UHGV virus genome: UHGV-0091505
Direction: 5' to 3' (one strand)
DNA from: a virus
DNA length: 34,588 bases
Under the pieces are notes generated by a model. It did not search any database and was not told the DNA's origin. It saw only the letters and a list, made by a program, of their open reading frames with translations. Within the stretch, counting starts at the first letter, position 1; every line of letters begins with the position of its first letter. Shown here one piece after another: positions 25,922 through 34,538 of this stretch. The position numbers were made by a program, and so were the translations under genes.

Positions 25922-25998
25922 TTACCCCTGAGGTAATTAAAAACCACATAAGACACTAAATCAATAGAGTTTAGAATATTTTGTTACCCAACAGGTAA
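25922..25998 (-). promoter_or_regulatory. operator-flanked promoter (minus strand TTGATT-17 nt-TTTAAT) between the P-like gene and the nin-like block
   Basis: Two perfect palindromes TTACCCCTGAGGTAA (25922-25936) and TTACCCAACAGGTAA (25984-25998) bracket a -35/-10 pair (plus-strand 25959-25964 and 25936-25941); same architecture as the pL-like promoter. Confidence 0.45.
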
Positions 25999-26035
25999 TT
26001 ATCAAGACGTAAAAAAATGCGCTATCGCGCTGGTA

Positions 26036-26836
26036 TTACTTGATAAATCCTGCCGCCTTTCCCCGCCTGTATTCCTCCATCAGCCACTGCGCCGGTGTTA
26101 TCCCCCCAAGGGTGGCGGCGTTAGGCATGCACCCGAAACTTCGCCCTGGTGGATGGTAAACGTCTCTCCCTGTGTTCGGAGGCGTACTCATGGGTTCTGG
26201 CTTTGCCTGTATGCTGATCACCGGATCGGGTATCTGCTGTCCGGAAGCCACCTTTTTCGCCCAATCATCGAGCAGCCTGCGCGCGTGTTTCTCAACCTCA
26301 ATCTCGCTAAGCTGGCGCTGATACATTGCACGGCGGGTATCACATACGACCCAGTACATAACCGGATGTCGCCACGGGAATCTTTCGGGACCACCAGGAT
26401 ATAAACTTTTTTCCTTGCTGTACCGGTGAAACTCCGCCATCACATCGTCAATGGTGACGCCAAGAACCATCTTGCTGTCTTTACACCACTTGATAAATTG
26501 CCCTGGCGACGGCCAGAACGGAGATTCACTGGCGCGGGCGTGGCGCATACCAGCAGAAACCTGTTCACGGGTTCGGATCCCCCCTTCGGCAAACGCAGCA
26601 ATCCACTGCTGTTTTGCAGCAACTTCCTGCTCTGGCGTCTTCAGGTTGGTTACCACTGCCGCCGGAAACAGTTGTTTCAGCTGTTTGAAAAGGGCATCAA
26701 CAAGCCTCTCTGCTGACATGTTCACCACATTATCATTGTTGACGTATTGATGCTCATAACCTGACATGCGAGAAAGGGCTTCTCCGTCACGGTTTTGTAT
26801 CGCGGTAAAAACGTTGTTCACAAGAAATCCTCCCAT
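26036..26836 (-). CDS. replication protein P-like helicase loader
   Basis: Segment QQWIAAFAEGGIRTREQVSAGMRHARASESPFWPSPGQFIKWC aligns with lambda P (RRQWVLAFRENGITTMEQVNAGMRVARRQNRPFLPSPGQFVAWC); start codon choice uncertain (overlaps O-like gene by 19 nt). Confidence 0.85.
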   Translation of the reverse strand: MGGFLVNNVFTAIQNRDGEALSRMSGYEHQYVNNDNVVNMSAERLVDALFKQLKQLFPAAVVTNLKTPEQEVAAKQQWIAAFAEGGIRTREQVSAGMRHARASESPFWPSPGQFIKWCKDSKMVLGVTIDDVMAEFHRYSKEKSLYPGGPERFPWRHPVMYWVVCDTRRAMYQRQLSEIEVEKHARRLLDDWAKKVASGQQIPDPVISIQAKPEPMSTPPNTGRDVYHPPGRSFGCMPNAATLGGITPAQWLMEEYRRGKAAGFIK

Positions 26837-27633
26837 GCTTCAGGGCTGTTCCAGTGCGGAACATTGTTATCAGGTAATGTTGATTGCTTCTGTCTGCTAA
26901 TCTGCAGCCGCCTTGCCAGCTTCTGCTCCCACTGTGCCTGATGGTATGCCTTACCCTCAGCCATCCAGTAAATTCTGAACTCTGCAAGTTCCTGTGCCGT
27001 TGGCAGACTGTCCAGGTAGATTCCCTGCAATGAGCTTTTCCGAAGAAAGTCATCTGATGGCTGCCATTGTTCATGCATGACAAATTTGCCTAATTGCCCT
27101 GGCCCACCAGGAGGAACAAAGTTATTCATCACGGCGTTGTTTGCGCCTGGGTCATGAGGCACAGAATCTCCGCTTTTTGTCCTGCTCTCCCTCTCTTGGT
27201 TAAATGACTGGTTATATGACTGGTTCTGGATCCCGTTTTTGGGATCATTCAACATCCCGTTTTTGGGATCATTCAACATCCCGTTTTTGGGTATATTCCC
27301 GTTTTCGGGAACATTACCGTTTTCGGGTTCATTACGTCCTTCTAGGTTGCCTTTAATGTTCCCTTTTTTGGTTATATTAAGAGAGAAAACCCGCACTCTT
27401 TTCGTCGCTCCCTTTCTCTCTCCGGTATCTGAAATAAGCCCCATTTTCATGAGCGATATAAGCCCGGCCTGCACGGTTTTTTTATTCAGGCAAGTGTCTT
27501 TAACGAGGCGTTCTATGCTGGGGTAGCAGAGGTTATATTCATCGGCTCTGTCAGCCATCGAGAGCAGTATGAGCTTTAATGACGAGCTACCTGGATCTGT
27601 CTCCCAGGCCCAATCTGTTGCATGTCTGCTCAT
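26818..27633 (-). CDS. replication initiator, O-like (HTH N-terminal domain, iteron-containing)
   Basis: 271 aa; N-terminal winged-HTH-like region; internal DNA iterons encode the NG-rich repeat PENGNVPENGNIPKNGMLNDPKNGMLNDPKNG; followed by P-like gene. Confidence 0.75.
   Translation of the reverse strand: MSRHATDWAWETDPGSSSLKLILLSMADRADEYNLCYPSIERLVKDTCLNKKTVQAGLISLMKMGLISDTGERKGATKRVRVFSLNITKKGNIKGNLEGRNEPENGNVPENGNIPKNGMLNDPKNGMLNDPKNGIQNQSYNQSFNQERESRTKSGDSVPHDPGANNAVMNNFVPPGGPGQLGKFVMHEQWQPSDDFLRKSSLQGIYLDSLPTAQELAEFRIYWMAEGKAYHQAQWEQKLARRLQISRQKQSTLPDNNVPHWNSPEAWEDFL
27231..27330. repeat. replication origin iterons (about five direct repeats, core CCCGTTTT(T/C)GGG) inside the O-like gene
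   Basis: Two perfect 24-bp units TCCCGTTTTTGGGATCATTCAACA then three shortened variants; AT-rich stretch follows. Confidence 0.7.
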
Positions 27634-27648
27634 GATTAATCTCCGCTA

Positions 27649-27849
27649 TCAGCTTGAATGTTGTGGGGAGGAATTAATCATGATCTGCTTAATCTCTGCC
27701 CTGATGCGACGGTTTGATTCCATGGTGCACTCAACACAGTGTCCGTTGTAAACCCAGCGTTCACTGTCATGTCCGTGCTTACATGGTTTTCCGGTGTAGT
27801 AGCGTTTAAGTCCGCGCTTTGCGGCATCAATACGTGTAATGATTTCCAT
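27649..27849 (-). CDS. small Cys/His-cluster protein in cII-equivalent position
   Basis: Start taken at ATG 27849 (MEIITRIDAAKRGLKRYYTGKPCKHGH..CVEC), SD AGG; the track ORF has a hydrophobic 21-aa extension. Confidence 0.45.
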   Translation of the reverse strand: MEIITRIDAAKRGLKRYYTGKPCKHGHDSERWVYNGHCVECTMESNRRIRAEIKQIMINSSPQHSS

Positions 27850-27929
27850 GGTAAGACCTGTTATTAGTATTGGGATTACGGTTATTTTGTGCTGACACAA
27901 AAAAAAGATCAACCATATTTGGTTTTTTA

Positions 27930-27944
27930 TTACCTTTGAGGTGC
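27930..27944. promoter_or_regulatory. operator-like site TTACCTTTGAGGTGC in the cro-cII intergenic region
   Basis: Variant of the TTACC-N5-GGTAA motif, next to the post-cro hairpin. Confidence 0.3.
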
Positions 27945-27978
27945 GAATAGATATGAAAAGACCGCCGGATGACGGTCT
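27945..27978 (-). terminator. tR1-like hairpin terminator after cro
   Basis: Minus-strand AGACCG..CGGTCT stem followed by TTTCATATCTATT. Confidence 0.4.
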
Positions 27979-27999
27979 ACAGAGGGTTGTGGCTGGATA

Positions 28000-28230
28000 T
28001 CATGAGTAGAAGAAGTATGCCAGTTCTGCTTTTGAGCGCAGCCATTGTCTTGTTTTACAGGCTTTAAAAAGCCCATTCATCAATACCTTACCTGGCATTT
28101 TGCGCTTACCTGTTAAGTGAGTCTGGATATAGTGACTCGTCGTTCCGGCTTCCTGTGCGAAGGCTTCACGCTCATCCGGAGTAAGTGCAAGCCAGTGCTT
28201 TTTGAAATCGAAATGTCCGTTATCGCTCAT
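28000..28230 (-). CDS. Cro-like HTH regulator
   Basis: 76 aa, divergent from the repressor gene across an operator-rich region; HTH-like segment EAGTTSHYIQTHLTGKRKMP. Confidence 0.6.
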   Translation of the reverse strand: MSDNGHFDFKKHWLALTPDEREAFAQEAGTTSHYIQTHLTGKRKMPGKVLMNGLFKACKTRQWLRSKAELAYFFYS

Positions 28231-28266
28231 AGCTATTGCCTGATATTTATTTCAGATAATAAATAT

Positions 28267-28329
28267 TCACCCATAAGGTAACAAAAATCAAGGATAGTTA
28301 CCTATGGGGTGCATTTACCTGTTGGGTAA
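28267..28329. promoter_or_regulatory. OR-like operator region (three sites) with divergent promoters
   Basis: TCACCCATAAGGTAA (28267-28281), TTACCTATGGGGTGC (28298-28312) and perfect TTACCTGTTGGGTAA (28315-28329) between cro-like and repressor genes. Confidence 0.5.
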
Positions 28330-28384
28330 TATTGCTTTAAATTGAATCATCTACTGATTCATATATGAGGCGATTTTCCAGAAA

Positions 28385-28969
28385 ATGAAAAGTATCCAGG
28401 ACGTCCGCAGGCAAAATCTCAACGACTTGATCGACCGTGAATTCAATGGTGTTCAGACGCGGATGGCAGAAAAACTTGGAACTCAGGCAAATCTGGTAAA
28501 CCGCTGGGCTCTTGGCAAGAAGGTTATCGGCGACCAGGTTGCGCGAAAAATTGAAGCTGCCGCCAATAAACCCCGTAACTGGCTTGATATCGATCGCTCG
28601 CTTTCTCAGGAAGGTTTTCAGCCTGTCGGACCAAGCGACATTGGTCAACTGGCGGCTCACAACCTGGAACGCTGGATGAGCGAAAGCCGCGACCTTTCAA
28701 CACAGGGAAAACTTCACCGCGCATCCGGCGTCGCCCAGGTGACAATCAGCCGCCTGTTAAACAATGAGGTCAGCGTTTCCATTTCCACCCTGGAGAATGT
28801 TGCATCCGCATTCGGGCGTCACGGCTATGAATTACTGATTCACCCGCACGACCCTGCGACCATCAACTATGACCGCTCGCGCTACGCATTGTTACCCGAA
28901 ACCGAGAAAGCAAAGATCGAAAGTTACATTGAATTTGTCATCAACCAGAACGAAAAAAACAAACAATAA
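28385..28969 (+). CDS. prophage repressor, dual-HTH type without S24 peptidase domain
   Basis: 194 aa; two HTH-like segments (QTRMAEKLGTQANLVNRWALGKK and HRASGVAQVTISRLLNNE); no Ser-Lys autocleavage motif recognisable; divergent from cro, same strand as the early-left operon. Confidence 0.7.
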   Translation: MKSIQDVRRQNLNDLIDREFNGVQTRMAEKLGTQANLVNRWALGKKVIGDQVARKIEAAANKPRNWLDIDRSLSQEGFQPVGPSDIGQLAAHNLERWMSESRDLSTQGKLHRASGVAQVTISRLLNNEVSVSISTLENVASAFGRHGYELLIHPHDPATINYDRSRYALLPETEKAKIESYIEFVINQNEKNKQ

Positions 28970-28989
28970 AATCATACTTTTCAGTAAGT

Positions 28990-29015
28990 AAGCCGCCTTC
29001 TGGCGGCTTTTTTAT
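28990..29015 (+). terminator. intrinsic terminator after repressor gene
   Basis: AAGCCGCC-TTCT-GGCGGCTT followed by TTTTTTATT. Confidence 0.65.
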
Positions 29016-29026
29016 TGCCTGTTCGA

Positions 29027-29103
29027 TTACCTGTCGGGTAATTTTTTTAACTCATATCTATTGACATCAAACCAAATACGAATAATCATTACCTCAACGG
29101 TAA
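29027..29103 (+). promoter_or_regulatory. pL-like promoter (TTGACA-16 nt-TAATCA) flanked by two operator palindromes
   Basis: TTACCTGTCGGGTAA (29027-29041), -35 29061-29066, -10 29083-29088, TTACCTCAACGGTAA (29089-29103). Confidence 0.55.
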
Positions 29104-29122
29104 CAAACCGAGGTAACAAGTT

Positions 29123-29275
29123 ATGCAGTGGAAAATCATCAACGGTTGGTACTGCGTTACTGCATGCGGATTCATGAGCTGGAAGTTCCGCACCTTACAG
29201 GAAGGTATTAAGTGGGCTTTCGTCAGCAAAGAAGCTCGCGATGTGGCCAACGATAACGAGATATGGGAGGGCTGA
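29123..29275 (+). CDS. small hypothetical protein (50 aa), not in the supplied ORF track
   Basis: ATG 29123 preceded by GAGGT; MQWKIINGWYCVTACGFMSWKFRTLQEGIKWAFVSKEARDVANDNEIWEG; stop 2 nt before the next gene. Confidence 0.3.
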   Translation: MQWKIINGWYCVTACGFMSWKFRTLQEGIKWAFVSKEARDVANDNEIWEG

Positions 29276-29277
29276 TA

Positions 29278-29577
29278 ATGAACGTTAATCAGCAGAAAAA
29301 TCTTCAAAAAATCATGCTGGCATTCGACAAGGACTACCGCCTGTCAGAACAGCTATATGACCGACAAGTTGAACTGATCGAAAGCATCCGGCTTCATCAA
29401 CTGGCCTCAACTTTTGACGCTGTAACAGGCAAAGGAGTTCGCCAGGAAGTGCTGGAGGCAGCTAAAGACAGCCCTGAGTTCGAAGAACTGATGGATGCCT
29501 ACCGGCGCGAGGCAATGGCAATTATCGCCCGCTGGGATCTGGCGGATCGGATTGATGGGCAGAGGGAAGCGGCATGA
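29278..29577 (+). CDS. hypothetical early protein
   Basis: About 100 aa from ATG 29278 (MNVNQQ..), coupled to the exonuclease gene. Confidence 0.5.
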   Translation: MNVNQQKNLQKIMLAFDKDYRLSEQLYDRQVELIESIRLHQLASTFDAVTGKGVRQEVLEAAKDSPEFEELMDAYRREAMAIIARWDLADRIDGQREAA

Positions 29578-30395
29578 AACCGGGAATTTATTTCGACATC
29601 AGCAACGAAGACTACCACGCCGGTGACGGCGTGAGTAAGTCGCAACTGGACATGGTTGCCAAGAATCCGGCGCTTCTTAAATGGGTTCAGGCAGCACCAG
29701 AAGACGAAGAGAAAAAGTCTGCACTGGATATGGGAACCGCATTGCACTGTCTGCTTCTGGAGCCTGGAGAATTCGACAAACGCTTCATTGTTTCACCGAA
29801 GTTCGATCGTCGGACGAAACAAGGTAAAGCTGACGAAGAAGCATTTCTTCGTGATGTAGCGGATATGGGGATTACGGTACTTGATGCCGAGCAGTGGCGG
29901 AAACTGGAGCTGATGCGTGATAGCGCAATGGCTCACCCGGCGGCACGCTGGATGCTGGAAGCACCTGGTTACTGCGAAGCATCAATGTACTGGAATGATG
30001 AAGAGACTGGTGAGTTGTGCCGCATTCGTCCAGACAAATGGCTGAACGAGCACAACGTGATCGTCGACGTGAAAAAGGTTGCAGATATGGACCGTTTTGC
30101 ACGCCACATCGAGGAATTCCGCTACCACGTGCAGGACGCAATGTACCGCGAAGGAGCGATGAGGGTTACTGGTCAGTCGCATGGTTTTTTCTTTCTTGCC
30201 GTGAGCGAAAGCATTGATTGTGGTCGGTATCCGGTACGCGTGTTCGAGCTGGATGCGCCGGATGTCGATGCCGGGCACGCTCTGTTCCGCCGGGATCTGA
30301 ATACCTATCACGAATGCCGCATCAATGATGAATGGGGCGGCGTGGAAATTATTAAACGCCCTGACTGGGCACGTAAACAGGATATGTACGTATGA
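29574..30395 (+). CDS. PD-(D/E)XK family exonuclease (RecE/YqaJ-like recombination exonuclease)
   Basis: 273 aa; motifs RIRPD and IVDVKK consistent with a PD-(D/E)XK active site; followed by an overlapping annealing-protein gene. Confidence 0.7.
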   Translation: MKPGIYFDISNEDYHAGDGVSKSQLDMVAKNPALLKWVQAAPEDEEKKSALDMGTALHCLLLEPGEFDKRFIVSPKFDRRTKQGKADEEAFLRDVADMGITVLDAEQWRKLELMRDSAMAHPAARWMLEAPGYCEASMYWNDEETGELCRIRPDKWLNEHNVIVDVKKVADMDRFARHIEEFRYHVQDAMYREGAMRVTGQSHGFFFLAVSESIDCGRYPVRVFELDAPDVDAGHALFRRDLNTYHECRINDEWGGVEIIKRPDWARKQDMYV

Positions 30396-31273
30396 GCAAT
30401 GATATCGCAATCACATCACAACCAGGCGCAACTGTAGGTACTGCTGCGGCAATCTTCAGCCCGGAGGGCATGAATCAACTGGTGCGTTTCGCGGAGTTGA
30501 TGTCACAAAGCAAAGCGACTGTACCGAAACATCTTGAAGGCAAACCTTCCGATTGTCTGGCGGTGACCATGCAGGCGGCACAATGGGGAATGAACCCTTT
30601 CGCCGTGGCGCAGAAAACGCATGTGGTAAACGGAACGTTAGGCTACGAAGCACAGTTGGTAAACGCGGTCGTATCCTCTTCCAGCCTGCTAGCGACACGC
30701 CTGAATTATCGCTGGAGCGGTGACTGGTCGAATGTTAACGGCAAAACAGATAAATCACCGAATCTGACGGTAACTGTGTCAGCAGTTCTTAAAGGAGAAG
30801 CAGAACCCCGTGAGCTTACCATCAGTATGGCGCAAGCCGGAGTGCGTAACTCTCCATTGTGGGAGCAGGATCCGCGCCAGCAGCTTGCCTATCTTTGCAC
30901 GAAACGATGGGCTCGCCTGCACGCTCCTGATGTACTTCTCGGTGTTTACACCCCTGACGAATTACAGGAAACGGCACCGCGCGTTGAGCGAGACATTACT
31001 CCGCAAACAACTACGGCTGCGGGAATGAATAGTCTGATCAACGCTAAAACAGTGAAAAAGCCTGATGAGCAAACGCGTAAAGCGGATAGCCGTGATCCAG
31101 AAGAAATGCTGATGGCCTTTACCAGCGCAGCGATGAATTACAGCACTGTCTCCGAACTGGATAAGGCTTACAAATACATTGCACAAAAACTTTCAGATGA
31201 TGACGAACTGCTGGCAAAAGCCACCGACGTTTACAGCGTTCGTCGGGAAGAATTAAACGAAACATCTATGTAA
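30392..31273 (+). CDS. RecT/Red-beta-type single-strand annealing protein (putative)
   Basis: 293 aa; start overlaps exonuclease stop (ATGA); exo-plus-annealase gene pair. Confidence 0.6.
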   Translation: MSNDIAITSQPGATVGTAAAIFSPEGMNQLVRFAELMSQSKATVPKHLEGKPSDCLAVTMQAAQWGMNPFAVAQKTHVVNGTLGYEAQLVNAVVSSSSLLATRLNYRWSGDWSNVNGKTDKSPNLTVTVSAVLKGEAEPRELTISMAQAGVRNSPLWEQDPRQQLAYLCTKRWARLHAPDVLLGVYTPDELQETAPRVERDITPQTTTAAGMNSLINAKTVKKPDEQTRKADSRDPEEMLMAFTSAAMNYSTVSELDKAYKYIAQKLSDDDELLAKATDVYSVRREELNETSM

Positions 31274-31322
31274 CCACCACCGCGGCGCCACGCGCGCCGC
31301 ACTGCAACCAAGAGAGGTATTT

Positions 31323-31571
31323 ATGAAAGGTGCATTAGGTAAGAAGGAACTCCTGGCGGTGGTGCCACTGTCATGGAGCACTATCGACCGTATGGAGCGC
31401 GCAGGGGAATTTCCTAAACGCTGGTATATCACTGACAAACGCTGCGCATGGAACCGTGACGAAGTTGAGCGTTGGCTTGATGAACGTCAGGCAGCAAGCC
31501 CGGCAGAGTTCCAGGGTAAAAAACCTCCTGTTCAGCAACGTGTATATCGTCCTGTGAGCAACGCTGCATGA
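31323..31571 (+). CDS. AlpA-family DNA-binding protein (excisionase/regulator-like)
   Basis: 82 aa; LLAVVPLSWSTIDRMERAGEFPKRWYITDKRCAWNRDEVERWL matches the AlpA-type winged-helix pattern. Confidence 0.6.
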   Translation: MKGALGKKELLAVVPLSWSTIDRMERAGEFPKRWYITDKRCAWNRDEVERWLDERQAASPAEFQGKKPPVQQRVYRPVSNAA

Positions 31572-31680
31572 GTGTGCTGCTAAGGCACTGGAGCAAATGG
31601 TCAGGATGGTACTTATTCCTGGCCTCTGTTTCAGCATGGCTTTATCTGCTGGCATTAATTTTCAGAGAGGGTTGGATTAA

Positions 31681-31980
31681 GTGAGAAAGTTAAGCCGACT
31701 TGAAAAATATCACATGAACAAGGTTTCAATGCGCAGTCCGTCAAAGATTGTCGCCGTTACTCCTGCGGCGATAGAGATCGAAAAACGCGCGATTGAAAGA
31801 GAGAAAAAAGGGCAGTTCCGCATTGCCGCCCACCTTTGGCTTCAGTGTATGGATGTTGCTTCTGGTGATGTTGAGCGTGCAAGGATCGCGGTTCGCAGGG
31901 ACCAATGTATCACAAAAGGTAACGGCCTTCGCCGTGGAGACTATAGCGGTATAGGATGTTGTGGGGTGGTTTATGACTAA
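31681..31980 (+). CDS. PerC/ANR-like small regulator (tentative)
   Basis: 99 aa with GTG start (alternative ATG at 31714); segment KKGQFRIAAHLWLQCM resembles the PerC/ANR core motif; weak. Confidence 0.35.
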   Translation: MRKLSRLEKYHMNKVSMRSPSKIVAVTPAAIEIEKRAIEREKKGQFRIAAHLWLQCMDVASGDVERARIAVRRDQCITKGNGLRRGDYSGIGCCGVVYD

Positions 31981-32623
31981 GAAATACACACTAATCTATG
32001 CAGATCCACCTTGGGTATACCGGGACAAAGCCGCGGATGGTAATCGCGGTGCTGGTTTTAAATATCCGGTTATGAGTGTGCTGGATATCTGCCGCCTTCC
32101 TGTGTGGGATTTGGCCGATGAAAACTGTCTGTTGGCCATGTGGTGGGTGCCAACACAACCACTCGAAGCACTAAAGGTTGTTGAAGCCTGGGGATTTCGT
32201 CTGATGACGATGAAGGGCTTCACGTGGATAAAATGTGGTAGTCGACAACCAGATAAACTGGTTATGGGTATGGGACACATGACTCGCGCCAATAGTGAAG
32301 ATTGCCTGTTTGCAGTAAAGGGAAAACTACCTCCACGCATTAATGCAGGGATCGTTCAGTCATTTACCGCACCGCGGCTTGAGCATTCAAGAAAACCAGA
32401 TGTCGTTCGTGAAAAACTTGTGCAATTGTTAGGCGATGTTTCTCGCATTGAACTGTTCGCCCGCCAGACGTCTCATGGCTTCGATGTTTGGGGTAATCAG
32501 TGCGAAGACCCGGCAGTGCAACTACACCCTGGATACGCGTTGGATATTGGCGGATTAACAAATGCATTCAGCAATGCTCCGGTGTCACCAATAGACAACC
32601 AGGGGCGGGAGCGTGCAGCATGA
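31973..32623 (+). CDS. MT-A70 family N6-adenine DNA methyltransferase
   Basis: Start ATG 31973 ([14 protein letters not shown]); DPPW catalytic motif; stop overlaps phosphatase start. Confidence 0.8.
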   Translation: MTKKYTLIYADPPWVYRDKAADGNRGAGFKYPVMSVLDICRLPVWDLADENCLLAMWWVPTQPLEALKVVEAWGFRLMTMKGFTWIKCGSRQPDKLVMGMGHMTRANSEDCLFAVKGKLPPRINAGIVQSFTAPRLEHSRKPDVVREKLVQLLGDVSRIELFARQTSHGFDVWGNQCEDPAVQLHPGYALDIGGLTNAFSNAPVSPIDNQGRERAA

Positions 32624-33279
32624 ACCTATATCAACGCATCAATGGCGCTGACTGGTGCAATATCTTCGTCGTCGGCGATCTGCATGGGTGCTACACGCTG
32701 CTGATGAACGAACTCGACAAAGTTTCATTCGACCCGGCGCGCGATTTACTTATTTCCGTTGGTGACCTTGTTGACCGCGGCGCTGAAAACGTCGAATGCC
32801 TGGATTTGATTACTATGCCGTGGTTCCGAGCTGTTCGTGGCAACCATGAGCAGATGATGCTGGATGCACTGGTCAACGGCGGAAGTTTCGGACATTGGAT
32901 GTCAAACGGCGGTGGATGGTGGCACCAACTTGATTCTGAGCAGGATGTGCAACTCAAATACCTTCTGCCAAAGATTACCAACCTCCCGATGATTATCGAA
33001 CTGGTTACCGGCAATAAGAAGGTCGTCATCTGTCACGCAGACTACCCGCACAACGAATACGCATTCGATAAGCCAGTACCAGAAGAAATGGTGATATGGA
33101 ATCGTGAGCGGGTTAGCGACGCGCAGGACGGTATTGTCTCGGAGATAACCGGTGCCGATTTGTTCATCTTCGGTCATACGCCAGCACATCACCCACTGGT
33201 GTATGCAAACCAGATGTACATCGACACCGGCGCAGTGTTCTGCGGAAATCTGACGCTTACCAAAGTCCAGGAAGGATAG
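32620..33279 (+). CDS. serine/threonine protein phosphatase (lambda PPase-like metallophosphatase)
   Basis: Motifs GDLHGC, GDLVDRG, GNHE and long stretches matching lambda phosphatase ([47 protein letters not shown]). Confidence 0.9.
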   Translation: MNLYQRINGADWCNIFVVGDLHGCYTLLMNELDKVSFDPARDLLISVGDLVDRGAENVECLDLITMPWFRAVRGNHEQMMLDALVNGGSFGHWMSNGGGWWHQLDSEQDVQLKYLLPKITNLPMIIELVTGNKKVVICHADYPHNEYAFDKPVPEEMVIWNRERVSDAQDGIVSEITGADLFIFGHTPAHHPLVYANQMYIDTGAVFCGNLTLTKVQEG

Positions 33280-33281
33280 AA

Positions 33282-34538
33282 TTATTTATTACTGTCTTCC
33301 ATCCACCTCTCAAACTTCGACGGGGAGAACGGAATCAGATCCGTATGCTCCCCGTCAATCCAGGAATCAATCATATCGGCCCACTGCTGCAACATGTAGG
33401 CGCGCTGTCTTGCGTATTCCGCTTTGTTATATACGGCGCGCACACCTTTCTGCTCATGTGCCAGAGCCTTTTCAATCCAGTCTGAAGGATAACCAGCCTC
33501 ATGCAACAACGTACTGGCTGTACGGCGCATATCGTGTACGGTGAAGTCCTGAATATGCTCACCATCTTCATTTATTATTTTCACCGTTCTGTCGATCAGA
33601 GAGTTCAGCGCGGCATTAGATAATGGCTTCCGGAAATTGTAACGACCAGGAACCAGATATTCACTTCCACCAGCGCACATCTGTAACCCGACCAATATAT
33701 CCTGTGCCTGTTTAGGCAGGTAAATAACGTGCGCCCGGCTTCCCTTCATGCGGTCTGAAGGAATTGTCCATGTCCATTTTTTAAAATCTATTTCATCCCA
33801 CGTTGCATTGGTGAACTCGCCTTTACGAACCATAGTGATAAGCACAAGCTTTAAAGCCATTTTCATAGTGCCCATAGCACCAATGGCATCCAGCGTGCGG
33901 AAGAACAGGCCAATTTCTTCTGGTGTCAGTGTTCGCTCTCGTGGTTTAAATATGGCGATAGACGAAGGTTTAATGTCAGCCGCAGGATTAAACAAACCAT
34001 GACCACGGTCATTGGCGTGACGGTATACGCTGCTGATGATCTCCCTGGCCTGTACTGCTGTTGCACGGCCACCGCGTTCGACAATCCGGTCACACAAATC
34101 ACGAACCATCGATGTGGTAATTTCAGCCATCATTTTGTTGCCAAGAACCGGAAGTATGTCACGGTCAATCACCGCCTGCTTCATTGCGCGGGTACTATCA
34201 GCCAGGATGACGTGTTTCATATAACTGTCGGTATGTACCGCAAACGTCTCGGCACCACGAATCTTTTTGATACCGTCACGTTTAGCCGCAGCCGGTGACA
34301 GACCTGCTTTAAGCAGCTTCTTTGCAGCTATCAGTTCTTCTCGCGCTTCTGACAGGCTGATACCGTCACGCCCATACTGCCCTATTACCAGCGTTTCGCG
34401 GCGACCGTTGATACGGTAGTCGTAGCGAAACGAGACCGTGCCTGACGTGAGCACAGCTACATACAGCCCGTCACGATCGGAGACCTTGTACAGTTTGTCC
34501 TGCGGCTTGAGGTTTTTTAATTTTGTATCGGTAAGCAC
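33282..34538 (-). CDS. tyrosine integrase (P4-type with N-terminal arm-binding domain)
   Basis: 418 aa; GTG start; N-terminal DUF4102-type arm-binding domain (LTDTKLKNLKPQDKLYKVSDRDGLYVAV); catalytic-domain residues HDMRRT...Y near C-terminus. Confidence 0.9.
   Translation of the reverse strand: MLTDTKLKNLKPQDKLYKVSDRDGLYVAVLTSGTVSFRYDYRINGRRETLVIGQYGRDGISLSEAREELIAAKKLLKAGLSPAAAKRDGIKKIRGAETFAVHTDSYMKHVILADSTRAMKQAVIDRDILPVLGNKMMAEITTSMVRDLCDRIVERGGRATAVQAREIISSVYRHANDRGHGLFNPAADIKPSSIAIFKPRERTLTPEEIGLFFRTLDAIGAMGTMKMALKLVLITMVRKGEFTNATWDEIDFKKWTWTIPSDRMKGSRAHVIYLPKQAQDILVGLQMCAGGSEYLVPGRYNFRKPLSNAALNSLIDRTVKIINEDGEHIQDFTVHDMRRTASTLLHEAGYPSDWIEKALAHEQKGVRAVYNKAEYARQRAYMLQQWADMIDSWIDGEHTDLIPFSPSKFERWMEDSNK

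Noticed and set aside
27231-27330. Possible CRISPR-like repeat array
   Set aside because: Repeats are contiguous with no spacers, sit inside a replication initiator gene and are in frame with its NG-rich linker; they are ori iterons, not CRISPR.
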